A stretch of DNA of 37,515 nt from Jimgerdemannia flammicorona (Eukaryota). Under the pieces are notes generated by a model. It did no database searches. It was not told the DNA's origin and was given only the letters and a program-made list of their open reading frames with translations. Made by a program: the position numbers and the translations under genes. The stretch is from NCBI GenBank assembly GCA_003990765.1, contig RBNJ01000189.1, positions 1 through 37,515 of the forward strand, read 5' to 3'. Positions 12,173 through 25,233 of the stretch are shown here, piece after piece (the first letter of the stretch is position 1; each line of letters begins with the position of its first letter).

Positions 12173-12793
12173 GAAGAGTTTTCATTAATACCAAAATTAC
12201 TAAATTAGACTACAAGAAGGAGAAAATTGCAGACAAGCATAGCTATACTATTGAAAATGAATTTTTATTCAAAAAGGAACTCAAAAAGCTACTGCATGAA
12301 TTCAAAGATATTCTCATTACTAATTTCAAGAATATTAAAGAAAAGACATCTTACTACTATTATGATATAAATATAGGAAATACTGAGCTAATCTATTAAA
12401 TAGTAAGACTAATTCTACTAGTATATTGTAAATAGCTTAGAGAGAAAATTAAGTAAATAGAAGAAGTTGATATTATTAAGGAGGCTATTAGCTCCTAGTT
12501 TTCATCAATTATACTAGTTCTGAAAAAAGAAAGCAAGTTAGGAAAATTTACTATAAGACTCTATATAGATTATAGAAATTCCAATAAAGTCACTAAGAAG
12601 AATTACTAACTACTGTCTCTCATAAGTAATATTCTGATGATATTAGGAGATAAAGTATAATACTATATCATCTTGGATTTATACTCAGAATTCTATCAAA
12701 TTGGTCTCACTAAGGAAGTCAGTAAAAATTTAGACTTTATTATCCCAGATAGAACTTATATCTATTACAAATTTTATTCAGAATATGTAATAT

Positions 12794-12836
<43 letters not shown>

Positions 12837-12899
12837 TAGTTACTTGGACTCCTTCCTTTATTAATACACCTGTCTATCCTCTATATACTACACAGTGCT

Positions 12900-15800
12900 C
12901 ACTCCTTATCTGATCCCCCTAGAGGCCCCTCCTCCCACCTCCTTGCAATGAAAGACCATTTTGTCTAATACCATCTCCACCCTCCCACCACTCTGTTCAT
13001 AGATCCCTTCTACTAGATGGTGATGTTGCCCACCCTGTAGACCCCAGCCAACTCACCACCCCATCAACAGATCCCCCAACAACCTCTCTCACCTTAATAA
13101 CTTCTCTTATATATCCATCTATTACCCCTCTTTGAAGACAAAGAGCCAATGTCCAGTCAACCCTATCCACACTGCTAAAATCCACCCTACAGTGAGCCAA
13201 TCATTGCTAACACCTCTCACTAGTCGAGATTTCAAATCCTCCCAGTGACCTCTCTCTCTATCTGACCTCCTCACTATCTCCAACTAGGCCCCTACTGCTA
13301 TCCAAAAGTCCCCCAGAATCTCACACTCTCCTAGCCAATGTTCTGGCATTTGCATAAATCCCCCAACCTGCCCTACATTATAGTACTCCTCACAATCTAA
13401 TCAGCCACCATCCACTAGATGCCTAGCTCAGAAATTCAACATGACATTCCTCTGCAGTATCTACCACCATATCACCCAGAACTTGAGAGAAAGCCACCTC
13501 TATACTTCAGCACTCTAAGACCAGACTCCTGCCCAGTCCCACTCCTCACCTATCCTCACTGCCTGCCAACTATTTGGCCAAAGATCCTGGCCAAGTCCTT
13601 GCTGACACTCCACTCTCTCACCAATATCAAACACAGTAAGTGGAACACCCCCCAGAAGTAGTTGGTCCCATTACCACATAGCTGGTCCCCACAGCTTCTC
13701 TCCCTCATTGCCTTGCCAGCACAGACCTATCCAGTGCACTCCCTCCATCACTCTCTACCAGAAGTCCTTATACTATAGCTAGTGACTTCCATTCAGATCC
13801 ACCAGAGAGAGCAAATCTCTCAAGGACCCTCGAGAGGAGAATCTCATCTCCCACACCTTCTGTATTAGTGGTACTCAACCTCCTCCTTGCAATTCAACAG
13901 CCCTTTTCAACCACCAAGCTTGTAGGCTGTACAGCTACTTAGGGAAATCCACAAGGCCTAGTCCTCCTCTAACCACTAGTGATGCAAGAGTATCCCAACC
14001 AATCTGGGACCTCCTCTCTGTCCAAATCCAATCTCTAGTCAGTTTTGTCAGCCTCTTCACCACCCAAGCTGAGAAGTCTAGATGATAGACCACATACCAT
14101 AGCTTGGGGAACCAGTAGATATTCAGAATTGACACCCACCCTGCCAGAGAGATGTGGTGACCCCTCCAGCCCCTAAGAGCCTCCCTCCAAATAGCCACCC
14201 TCCTCTCCCACCACACTCATGGCAAGACAGATCCATATATAGAAAGGAAGATGCCCAGATACCACACTATCTCTCTGGTAGGGACAATTGTTCCAATGAT
14301 GTCCCCACCCACTAGCTCATTCCCCAGCACCATTGTCTCATACTTATGCCAGTTGAGTTTTGTCCCAGAGTGTGCCTTATACCAATTAACTATCTCCTTA
14401 AGTGCTGCAACATCTGCCACTGATTCAAGTCCAACTATTATATCATCTGCAAAGGCCCCCACCTTCTACACCACACCATACATAGAGAGCCCTGCTACCT
14501 TCCTTTATATCCTATCCATCAGAGATTCCAAAGAAAGGGCATAAAGGATAGGAGACAGTGGGTCTCTCTGAGAGATGCCTCTTCCCAAGGGGAATGCCAA
14601 CTCCCTATGATTATTACACATCAGTACTACCCTACTTCCCTCCAATAGATTCAATATAGAAGTCTGAAAACTTGGGAGAACACCAATTCTATCCAGTACC
14701 TTGCCCAGCCATACCCACTGAACATAGTCATAGATCTTCTCCTAGTCCAAAAAAACCAGTCTTCCATCTAGTCCACAAGTCTGGACCCCTTCAATAATAC
14801 CATACATCCAGGCAGTCCCATATCTGATAAGCCTGCCTCCTACAAAGCCCCACTGCTCCTCACCCAGCACCTGTTGGGCAATCTTCTGAAGTCTTACAAT
14901 AATCATCTTAGTCACTATCTTCCTGTCCATATCTAGAAGCATAATTGGCCTCCAGTTCTTCCAGTGCTCCCTCCTCTCCTTGTTCTTATACAATAAGGTC
15001 ACCAGCCCCAAGTCCTGCTCCCCAACCCATCTGCCATTCATAAGAACATAGTCACAGAGGGCAGCCATCTCTCCTAACACTCTAAGGACCCTCACCATCT
15101 TCTTCCAGAAGTCCCAAGGTAACCCATCCTCTCCTGGCACTGTCCCAAGCTTAGTTGCTATGAGGACTCTCAGGATCTCCTCCTCTTGGACTGGTATGAT
15201 CAAGTCTCCAAGACCCTCTACTTGTGGTGGTTCCCACTCCTCTAATGTGTCTCCAATCATCTCTTCATTTGCACTCTCTTCCTCCTCACTCCACAGTCCT
15301 TGCTACTGCTCCTTCAGTACCCCCAAGATCTGTTGTATGTCATGCATTATATCTCCTTCAGCATCAAAGACCCCATCCCATCACTGTCACACCCTTCTAG
15401 CTTGGAGGATCCTAGACAAGTACCTAGTAGGCTGCTCTCTCTCCTCAAGTCCCTGCCACTGTAATCTGGTAGCTATTTCTTTTATATGAATCTCCTCCTC
15501 CTCTCTCAATACCTGCTCCAGCTCCACTACCTCCAATTTTACCCACTCTAACCTCCAATCCTCTACCTCATCAGAAGCAAGCAAATTAGTCCATTCTATC
15601 TACAATCTAATCAGCCTATTAGAAGCACATCTTACTTACTTCCTTCTCTGCCTCCCAGCCTCTCTACCAGCTCCTAGTGCTCCCAACAAATCAAATCGAA
15701 TTGAATTTGGCCCAAACTTGATTCGATTCAATCAAATCAAGGGTCCAATTCAATTCAATTTGAATCGAATCAAAGGTCCAATTCGATTTGAAGTTTGATT

Positions 15801-16994
15801 TAAACATTAATTTTCAAAATGTAATAACTCAACGAAAACTCATCTAAATTTAACATATTTTAGCTTGTCAGATTCACCATATTAATGTGATTCTAACAAG
15901 CTATAGTATGTTAGATTTGGATGAGTTTACGCTGAGTTATTGCATTTTGAAAATTAGGGTTTAAATCAGACTCTCAATTTGATTTAACTTTTGATTTGAT
16001 TCAAATTGATTCAAATTAAAAAATCCCCAATTTGATTTGACTCATTTAACCCTCAATTCAATTCGATTCAAATTGATTTAACTCATTTGGGAGCACCACC
16101 AGCTCCTCTCCAATAAACCTTTGCAGCCTTCTTCAGCCTCATCCAATAGATACCCACAGAAGAACTCTCACATATCTAGTCAGTGATCTTCACTTAGATG
16201 TCTTCCACCCATAGATCCCACAACCCCTTCTCAGCCAGCAGGGAGGAGTTAAGGTGCCAATGTCTGGGTTCATCTCCACTCTCTCCAAACTGCCCCTGAT
16301 CTAATAGCCTCCAGTGATCAGACCATAGGCACCACTCCCCCTCCAAAGTCCTCCAAACATCAGTATTCCAACATTCAGTTGTCAGAATCCAGTCAATCCT
16401 CATACCCAGTCTATTCACCTAGTGTATATAGACCCTCCTGTCACCCCACTCCATTCTACCCATATCCTGTAAGGAGTAAAGGTTCTCCACCTCCTCTCAC
16501 TTATCCAGACCACCACTCCTCCCACCCACACTTCTCCCTCTATCAGTTCTATCCATCTATAGATCCTGTACCATATTAAAGTCACCTCCCAGAACATCAA
16601 TACCTTCCTCCAAGAGAATACCTTCCTTCAACAGATCTCTAATCCACTCAATCTGCTCACTCCTAACTACAGGGCAGTAATAGGAGCTAACTCTCACTAA
16701 TTCTCACCCAGGTTGATGCCAATCTCCCCAGACCAAATGGTCACCCCAGCTCTTGATTCTGTCCAAATCTCCTCTACCCTTCCTTACTAGAATCATCACT
16801 TTGCCAGTCCAAGCCACAGCTCCTCCCCATTCTCTAGTCCACTCTATCTGATCTTTCTCATCCTCACACCATACATCCTGCAGTAAAAAGAGATCAGCCT
16901 CCAATCCCCTAAGCTAGGTAAAAATGTTCTTATGCTGTCCAGAACCCCTTAACCCATTCACATTTAGAGAGAAAATATTAGTTGTACTGTTCAT
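12900..16994 (-). pseudogene. LINE-a ORF2 (APE endonuclease plus reverse transcriptase), with stops
   Basis: MNSTTNIFSLNVNGL, FLLQDV, RIDWIL, WSDH, PGEDGLP, NWRPIMLLDMDRK, EQWGFVGGR, FADD, GGLGLVDF. 3' end approximate. Confidence 0.9.
15675..16098. mobile_element. 424-bp hAT MITE inserted in LINE-a ORF2
   Basis: TIRs TAGTGCTCCCAA / TTGGGAGCACCA match the 3314-7892 element. Perfect 8-bp TSD CCAGCTCC (15667-15674, 16099-16106). Confidence 0.95.
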
Positions 16995-17025
16995 AAGAAA
17001 TAATGTTGATTAATAGTCTCATTCT

Positions 17026-19044
17026 CTACAAATCTACATTCAACTCCTCCTGTACTAAATCCAAGTTACATTCTGCTGCTAGTTCCTTCTCTTTCACTGC
17101 CTGTGCCTCCAACCCAACCAGAAGTTCAGCCATTGCTCCATCCTCTTTTTCCTCAAAGTTCTCATGATACTTCAGGCAGACCTCCTGCCAGAGTTGCAAA
17201 CCATGACACTCTGCCTAACAGTAAGTCACATATTCACCAGCAATGACTGCCAGCTCAGCCTCTCTCTCTGCATAAACCTCATAACCCTCCTCCTCTAGGA
17301 GAATTGCAAGTATCTCTGCCTTCAGTGCCCCCACTATCCCATCTCTACACATAATCTGTGTCCAATACTCCTCAGGTATCACACACAAGTCCACTTCCCC
17401 CAACTCCTCAGCTACAAAGTTATCCATCATCTTGCTCATCTACAGCAAGTTCCCCACCTCCTTCCCTTCTGATATCTCTGGTCTTCCTGCATCAAGCATT
17501 GTGGTGTCTGCTCCCACACTGGCTGTCTCATCCCATCTCTCCTCTGGGACATCCACCAGCTCATCCTCACCAACTGCCACCACCTGTCTACCTTTTGCCA
17601 TGTCAGGAACCCCAAAGTATATCCACTGAGCACCTCTCATCAGCACATCCTCTACCACCTGACTCCTTACAGCTGAATCCCTCCGGACTAGAGGGGGAGT
17701 ATCATCTATGACCTGTTCCCAGACCTCAAACATACCATCTACATATGGGTCTATGTGTGGCATCTTCTTCTTCCCCTCTAGGCCCTCCTCTACATCTCCT
17801 CCACCCTTACTAGCCCAGATACTCACCTCTATCCCCTCAGCCTTCTTAGTGCCCCCAGTCTTCAACTTCATCCCTTCTTTCATTCTTACCAGCAGCTCTC
17901 TCTGTCTCTTCCACCCTTGAGCCCTCTCTCACTGCCTCTTGTCAGTGCAAATATATTTCCCATCAACAATCTCCAGATGTATTGACTTCTTATACAGCTT
18001 TCATGCCTTTGCCTGCTACTCTATAGCTCCACTCATCTCCTCTAGAGCCTCCAACAAATCCTCCTCCTCCTCTTCACTCCCTTTCACCCTTAATACTTGA
18101 CAGCTGAAAGCCCCCCAAAGTATCACTACTGGCCAGTCACTCATCTTCCCCATGGCCTCCTTTTCTGTCAGTTGAATCCTGATATCAACATCTCCTATCC
18201 TGATGGAGTTTCCTCCCAAATCTGGAAATCAATATTCACTACATCACCATACTCAGCCATCACCTCCTCAACTCTTCTCCTCGTCTCAACTACTGTCACT
18301 ATAGGCACCCCCTTTACCAGCAACTGAATCACCCTGGGATCCTATCTCAGACAATATACCATAGAGACCACTACTTCCCCAACTATCACTCTAGTCTTTA
18401 GAGTCTCATTTAGTATATATATCTATCTCCTCAAAGGCCACCTCAACCCCCTCCAGCCCCTTCAGAAACTTCACTCTAGCCACCTGCTTTGAGATAAGCC
18501 CCAGGACCATCCTAGCTATCACTGCCAAGCTCCAGAAGTACAAGATAGCCACAAACTCCAAAATTGACTTCTTGAGTAATGGTGCTACTGCCAGCCCCAT
18601 CACACCATCTGCCAGGTCCCCCTTCCATATTGGGAACCCCTGCCCCACCTTGCTATCAGCCATCATATCTCTTTTTTTTTCCTGATTCCCTATCACACTT
18701 CCATCAGCAGTCTCACCCCCAGCCACAGTATCTCTAGCCCCTATACTTCCACCCCCAGCCTGAGTATCTCCCCCTCTCCCAAGACTCATCTTGTCCTTCC
18801 CCTCTGCAGCACCAGCCCTAGATCTAGTCAGCCACCCACTCTCCTTCACTTTGTCTGCAAAGCTTAAGAGGTCAGGCCCCCCCCCATTGCCACTGGATAC
18901 TTGTTCACCTCCGGAGCCCTCTCTGCCCTTCAACCCTCCAAAGGCCCCCATCTCTAGGCCATAACTTCTCCCCACATTCAGCCAGCTGAAAGCCCCAGGT
19001 CCACCCAACCTGATATGCCCATCAGAACTCTTACTCGATGACAT
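17026..19044 (-). pseudogene. LINE-a ORF1
   Basis: Lies upstream of ORF2. Fragments 18406-19044 and 17440-17883 are homologous to LINE-b ORF1 (VARVKFLKGLEGVEVAF vs VAGVESLKFISSAEAVEIGF; EDELVDV shared). Confidence 0.75.
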
Positions 19045-20254
19045 TTTTATAGTACCTTTTCTCTAAGTTGTGTCGAAAACCATTGCTTGAAGTTGGTGTA
19101 ACATAAATTATACAGGAGAAAGGTGCAGCTTGGAATATGTAATATCTCAGTAAGTTTTTAGAAAATAATAAACAAGATCTTCTGGAAAAATATAAGAAAA
19201 TAGATGATAGTTTATATAGATAATATAGTTATCTATAGTAAGATATTTAAGAAATATCTAAACTATATTTATCAAATTCTACAGAAACTGAGAGATCATA
19301 GCCTATTTATTAAGTCAAGGAAATATAAGTTTAGAGAAATTGAGATTTTCTATCTTAGATATATCATCAATTAGAATAAAACCTATATAGATCCTATTAA
19401 GATTTAAGCAGTTGAAGCCTATTCAAGACTTACTATAGTTATTAAAACTCAAGTCTTTATAGAACTTACTATCTATTATAAGAGATTTATCAAAGTATTC
19501 TTCAATATTGTAGATCCTATCTACAATTTTTTTAAAAAAGATACCAAGTTTTAATAAACTGATAAATAATAATAAACATTTAAATATCTCAAGGTCTGTT
19601 TGACCCAGGCACCCATCTTAAAGAGATCTGACTGGTCTCAAGAGTTTATCTTATAGACAGATGTAAGCTCAATTGAACTAGAAGCTATTCTTGTATAAAA
19701 GTAGATTAAGATCAAATATATAATTATATATTTTAGCTAAAAAAAACTCACAGAAGAGAAAGAGAATATGAATCCTATAAGCTAAAGTATGTATCTCATA
19801 GTTATCTGAGCTATAGAAAGTTCCACTACTACCTTACTAGAAGATACTTCATCATCCTGACTGACTATTCAGCTCTTACCTGGTTGTTAACTATAAGCTA
19901 ATCTAAAGAAATATTTATCAGATAGATTATAAAACTGCAAGCTTATAATATATACAACTATGATATACTGTCCAGAAAGAACCAATATCAATATTAGTGC
20001 TCTGAATGAGCTGATCCAGATCAGATTTATTTGAATGGTAACTTGATATTGTCACATAGTGGTCGCTGAGTCCTTCAAATACACCAGATTCTCTTCAAGA
20101 TGTATCTCTTAGACTAACTCAAGTTTGTTATAAGCAAGTTCTTATTGGAGTGCCTTCCCAAGGTCTTATAGTCCTCAAACTTCTTATGTTTAACTGTCTT
20201 GTTATCTCTTAGATTGCTTGCAAGGAAGTATGTGTAAGTGAAACTGGAACTGAC

Positions 20255-20287
20255 TTTATTTCAGAGAAAATAAGAGGGGTATTTATA
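20255..20287 (-). promoter_or_regulatory. LTR-B TATA box (20280-20287) and poly(A) signal (20255-20260)
   Basis: Minus strand TATAAATA followed ~20 nt later by AATAAA. Conserved in all three LTR-B copies. Confidence 0.65.
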
Positions 20288-20526
20288 CAAAATACAATTC
20301 AATGGTTGCTAAGATATAAAGCTAAATATAAATTCCAATAACTAAAACTACTAAGTTCCAGAGTTGATACTGATGGTTGTACAGGTTCAGGATGCTGGCA
20401 TTATTTAGTGTTATATCAAAATGCCAGTACTGGAACAATTTTGCATCACCTCAGAATACCGGTACTGGCATTATCCAGTGTTACATGAGAATACCAGTAC
20501 TGGTATTATCCAGTATAACAAAGAAC

Positions 20527-21354
20527 TTAGAGCAGAAAGTTCAGGATCATGGGGGCTTCATCATCATCATCACTGAAGGAGATGAGATCCACAAATTTGT
20601 CATGTAGATCATGTGTTTCATGTACTTTGCATGCTTTGAGTATGTTACATGGGATGACATCATCAATGATATCATCACGTTCGGCTGTGGCGGGAAAATC
20701 GGGGACAAGGTCTAGAGCTCTCCAGTCTATGAGGTTCTCTTCCACAAAATAAGGAACAAATGTAGGGTCTTGGGGAGATCTAACCTGGATGCTTGGGCCT
20801 TGGAATACTAAGATCAATCCTTACAGGAATCGATCTGAGTTGTCCTGAAGGATAGGGTGCCAGAAGTCTTCTACTTCTTCACTGTTGAGAGTGATAGTGG
20901 ACCAGGCTTCTGTAGCCACCCTGGCTTCTAGTGCATTGATACAGTGGGATGATAGGTCTCTGAAGTCTGAGACTCTAACATACTCCAAGTTGGAGATCAA
21001 CTATGGTGCATGCCTGAAGATCTGATGGATCTTCTTAGCTGTCCTTGTTTCGCATATATCCATGGGAGTGGCATCTTGTAGCTCTTGGGTGCTGGCTTGT
21101 GGGAACTCCCAGCAGAGGAGGTTTCCTATTTCATACTCCTGCCACATTTGGAGGCATTCAATAGCAATAGTGATCCTTGTTTCCATTTCATGGTAGTAGA
21201 GAATGAAGTGATAAGGGTCTGTAGTACCCAGGTTGACACTAGGAGTCCTTCTTGAGCGGGTCCTCATGGCTCTTCTGATGTCTTGGAATATTCTTTCCTT
21301 GACTGAGATACCTTGGTGATTCCTTAACCTTGAGGTTTGGTGGGCAGCAGACAT
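20527..21354 (-). pseudogene. LTR-encoded ~275-aa ORF of unknown function, copy 2
   Basis: Track ORFs 21001-21354 and 20527-20817 share one frame (828 nt total). The two internal stops (TAG, TAA) are TGG and CAA in copy 3. Confidence 0.75.
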
Positions 21355-23234
21355 TTCGTTTGTAGTAAGTCTTTGAGCTATTTTGGGATTAGTGGTTCTT
21401 GTTAATTGCTACTACTGTGGTTCCTTGATCCTTCTTTTATATTCTTCAGGATACTTGTACTGTGGTCACAATGACTCACAGTTGGTTATCATTGCTCATC
21501 TCATATGCTATATAATCTTCTTGTGCTCTGATCTGGTGGCTTGCAAGGAAAGACTGCCTCTAGTGCTGATGTCATCATTCTGGGATCACCATTACAATAT
21601 ATAGGTATGTGACTTTATACTATATACTATTTTATCAGTTTTATATCATTTATTAGTAATATATAAAATATGCAACATATATATTTTGAATAAATTATTT
21701 CTTCTGTTCATTACAATCAATTATAAGCTCTGATTAGTAGCTAGAACTTCTCTAGTTTATATACTATACTGATGAATACAGGTATGAGCCAGAGTATTAA
21801 GATAGATATCTCTACAATAGTTCCCCAGTAATGGAAAATACAGTCTTATTATAAGAGAAGCCTACTAATAGTGATAATAAAGTCCTCTCTAGTGATAGAG
21901 ATAATTATCAAGATATCTACTTAGATGTTTATAGTAATTATGAAGTTCTCTCTAGTGGTAGAAGGCAATTATTAAGATGCCTGCCCAGGTGTTCAAGATA
22001 ATTATAAGTTCTTCCAGATAGCAGATGAAATTCTCTCTAGTATCAAGATAATTATAAAGCCCTTCCAAGTAGTTGTAACAATTATAATAGCAAAAATACA
22101 GCAAACAATATCAGTGATATAGTCAGCAATAAGACATAGCTAACAAGGTCAAGAAAGAGACCAATGAGACTGACAAGATCAGTAATATGGCTAGTAATAA
22201 GATATAGCCAATAAGGCCATAGAAAAGGCCAACAAGACCAATGAGGTCAGAAAGAGACCAATAAGCCCAGATGAGGTAAATAGTAAATAAGACCAATGTA
22301 AATGAACCCAAGCCCAATATGAAATATATAATCAACTATATGAGCAATGGCTCTACTATCAATAGTAACAAGTACAGATACTGCTAACAATATTTAGCAA
22401 AAATACCACATACTTTTACACTGATGAAAAGTAATAACATCGATAGTACAGATAGTTCTACCATTCAGCAAAAGCATAAATATAGTCAATAATAATGAAG
22501 ATAATATCTGGCTAATAGATTTCAGTATAATATAGTATATGATGCCACACTATATACATATACTAGGAACAATAACAGCCAGTGCTAACAATAACATATA
22601 TTTCAAAGGTATGATAATAACAACTGGCAATTATACTAACAATATAGCCAATATCAATTAAATAAAGCAATAACTATTAATAGCTCTAATGGTAATATCT
22701 TCAAAAAGCAACTTCAAAATAATAACCATTAACTACAGTACTACAAATAGTATCACATGAAGCCATAAATCCCTCCAACAGTAAGAAGTAAAAAAGACTA
22801 TAAATAAATACAGCTCTCTTATCAGAAATAACATTCATATCTTACATATAATAATATCTGTCAATAACATTAACAGTATTAAATTAAGCAGGAGTATATA
22901 GTTATCTAGCAAAGTCTAGTAGTTAATAATCAGATATTTTTTAGGCTCTTAAAAGCCTCATACTGTATATATATTTAACATTCACATTACTTCTTTATTT
23001 GTATTATCTATATGTATTTTACATTTTTTGTAAGTATTTTAGATATTTTGAAATACTTTTTGACTCACAAAAATTCCTTAGTTATAGGATTTTATAATTA
23101 TAATTCTTGGTTTACATGTAGTTCTAATTTTAATATATATTATTGCATTGCTTTTTTATTCTAGTTTATATTCTTTTGATATAGTTGATATTATTTTTTT
23201 TATTTTAGTATATATATCTCCTTGAGTGAGAGTA

Positions 23235-23360
23235 TTGAGATAGCAACTCAATATGTAGGCATATGACTTTATACTATATATTATTTCATCAGTTTTATAT
23301 CATTTATCAGTAATATATAAAATATATAACATATGTATTTTGAATAAATCACTTCTTCTG
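23235..23360. repeat. ~125-bp direct repeat inside the non-autonomous hAT (other copy is 20031-20049 plus 21601-21706, split by the solo LTR)
   Basis: GACTTTATACTATATA...TTTGAATAAAT..TTCTTCTG occurs twice. Confidence 0.8.
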
Positions 23361-25233
23361 TAAGATTCAAATTCTATCTAAATCAATTCAAATCAACCAT
23401 TATTTTGATTTCTAAATTAGACAATGATTGATTCAAATTGATCTAGATAGGATTCAAATTCCATCTGAGTTGATTTAGATAGAATTCAATCTGAATCCAA
23501 TCCAAATCCATCCAGATTAAATTGACTCATTTGGAGTACTAGTCAATATAAATATACTCTCATAGATACTTTAAAGGATTTACAATCAGTAAAACCAAAA
23601 TGAATAAGGAACTCTACTTTAGAAACATTACCTATCTGAGATAGCAAAAGATATTCCAATATCTAGAAGAATAAATATAAATAATTATCAATAAAACTTA
23701 GAAATAATTCAAAACCAATAGAGAAATATTAAAGAAAGGAAAACTACTAGTTATACTAGAGTATAAGAAGAAATAAGCAATGAAATTAATATATAAACTT
23801 AGCTACAAATACTTATAATAAAGTAAGAAGAACAATATAGTAGTCTAGAATAGAGGAAGATATTAGATAATTTGTCAAGGCTTATAACAAATATCTGAAA
23901 TAGAAGTAAGATTAGTAAAACTAGATATTGGAATTAGTAGATATAGAACTAGTACTATTTGCTCACATTATAATAGAAATAATTAGCCTACTATTGATAT
24001 TGATTAATAACTAATACATATATCATTATCATTGTAGACCTTTTTATAATAGATAAAAGTAGAATCTCTCAAAATAGTCAATATATAGTTAATTGCCAAT
24101 TTCTTCTACAGAGAAATTATTTGCTAATTTAAGATACTAAAGTAAGTAATAATAGATAGAGGAATAGAATTTATAAACTAGCTCTTTGAGGTTCTATATA
24201 AGAAGTATAAGATTCAATATATTTGAACCATAGCTTATTATTTATAAAAAAAAATAGATAGACTAAAAGGACCAATAATATTCTTAAGAATATTATTACT
24301 AAGATCTATAATAACTACAAAAATTGGAACTACTATCTGTTAATAACATTATCTGCTCTTTAAGATATATTGTTATTCAGAGAAAAAAGTTCTAAAAGAA
24401 CTCTATTATCTAATAGAGATATAGTATAAAAATATATAAAACTGAGATATAGAGATTGTATCAAATAAGAAAGAAGACTAAAAATTATATAATCAAGATA
24501 CAGATATTGTAATGAAATAATATAGAGAAGATCTACAAGCTCTTGGAGATTATCAAGATAGAAGATAAAGTTCTGATATATTAGAATATAGTAGAAGCTT
24601 TATGGTTATAAAAACTAGAGTCTAAGTAGAAAGGATCTTATATTGTGTAAAATATAAAAGAACTATCTTTTAGTTATAAAAACTATTAGCTATAATCATC
24701 CTTACTACTATATATCAAAACTAACTTAAGAAGTACTATAACTAACTAATGAAGTACTACTCTGGCCCTTAAGATCACAAGTGTTATCTAGCAAGCTATA
24801 GAAAGACAATAGTATTTTATTGAGTCATCAGTTATAGAGGAATTCTTTGATAATATTTAATATATTATATAGACTCACTTATTATAAATTTTATACTTTG
24901 GATCCTATCAACATTATACTGAGTTTCAAGAGTACTTTAAGTTAAAGAAATTATTAAATAAAAAAACATGACTAAAGCAGAATAGATCACAGAGTATCAG
25001 ATATTCTACACTCAGATCACTATAGCCAAGTAAGTCTATAAACTATTCAAAGATAATGAGTAAGCCTCAGTCTATTTCTGAGAAGTAATTTCAGAAGATT
25101 TAGAGTAGATAAAGAGATATTATTAAGAGAATATAATTAAGTAGATTATACAGTATAAGAATATACAATTAGTTAAAGCTTGAGAGTTTGAATAAGATAA
25201 TTCAGAGGTAAAATTACTTATTCAGAAGGAAGT

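Larger units (their letters stand above)
12797..19132 (-). mobile_element. Full-length L1/Tx1-like LINE (LINE-a), decayed
   Basis: Poly(T) at 12797-12833, perfect 16-bp TSD GAATATGTAATATCTC (12781-12796, 19133-19148), ORF1 and ORF2. Confidence 0.95.
20050..21596 (-). mobile_element. Solo LTR of Gypsy family B (copy 2, 1547 bp)
   Basis: TGTCACA...ATTACA termini, ATAT at 20046-20049 and 21597-21600, closely similar to the LTR at 25859-34365. Confidence 0.95.
19995..23541. mobile_element. Non-autonomous hAT-like element with cargo, containing a solo LTR
   Basis: Termini TAGTGCTCTGAATGAG / CTCATTTGGAGTACTA. 8-bp TSD ATCAATAT / GTCAATAT (19987-19994, 23542-23549, one transition). Gypsy A pol resumes after it. 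Confidence 0.85.
12340..24770 (+). pseudogene. pol: Gypsy A RT-RNaseH-integrase relic, split by a LINE (12797-19132) and a hAT (19995-23541)
   Basis: RLYIDYRN, LDLYSEFYQI, LFRICNISVSF* (PFGMCNAPASFQ) spanning the LINE junction, VYIDNIVI (~19210), TDVSS (RNase H, ~19657), and integrase-like IVDLF and DRGIEF at ~24030-24175. Collinear with family B pol. Confidence 0.85.

Noticed and set aside
21383..21604. Hydrophobic plus-strand ORF repeated at 34152-34421
   Set aside because: Antisense to the LTR, starts at TTG, and crosses the LTR boundary with different ends. The repetition reflects LTR identity only.
22123..22335. Apparent membrane-protein ORF
   Set aside because: I/L/Y richness is expected from transition-saturated repeats, and there is no ATG start.
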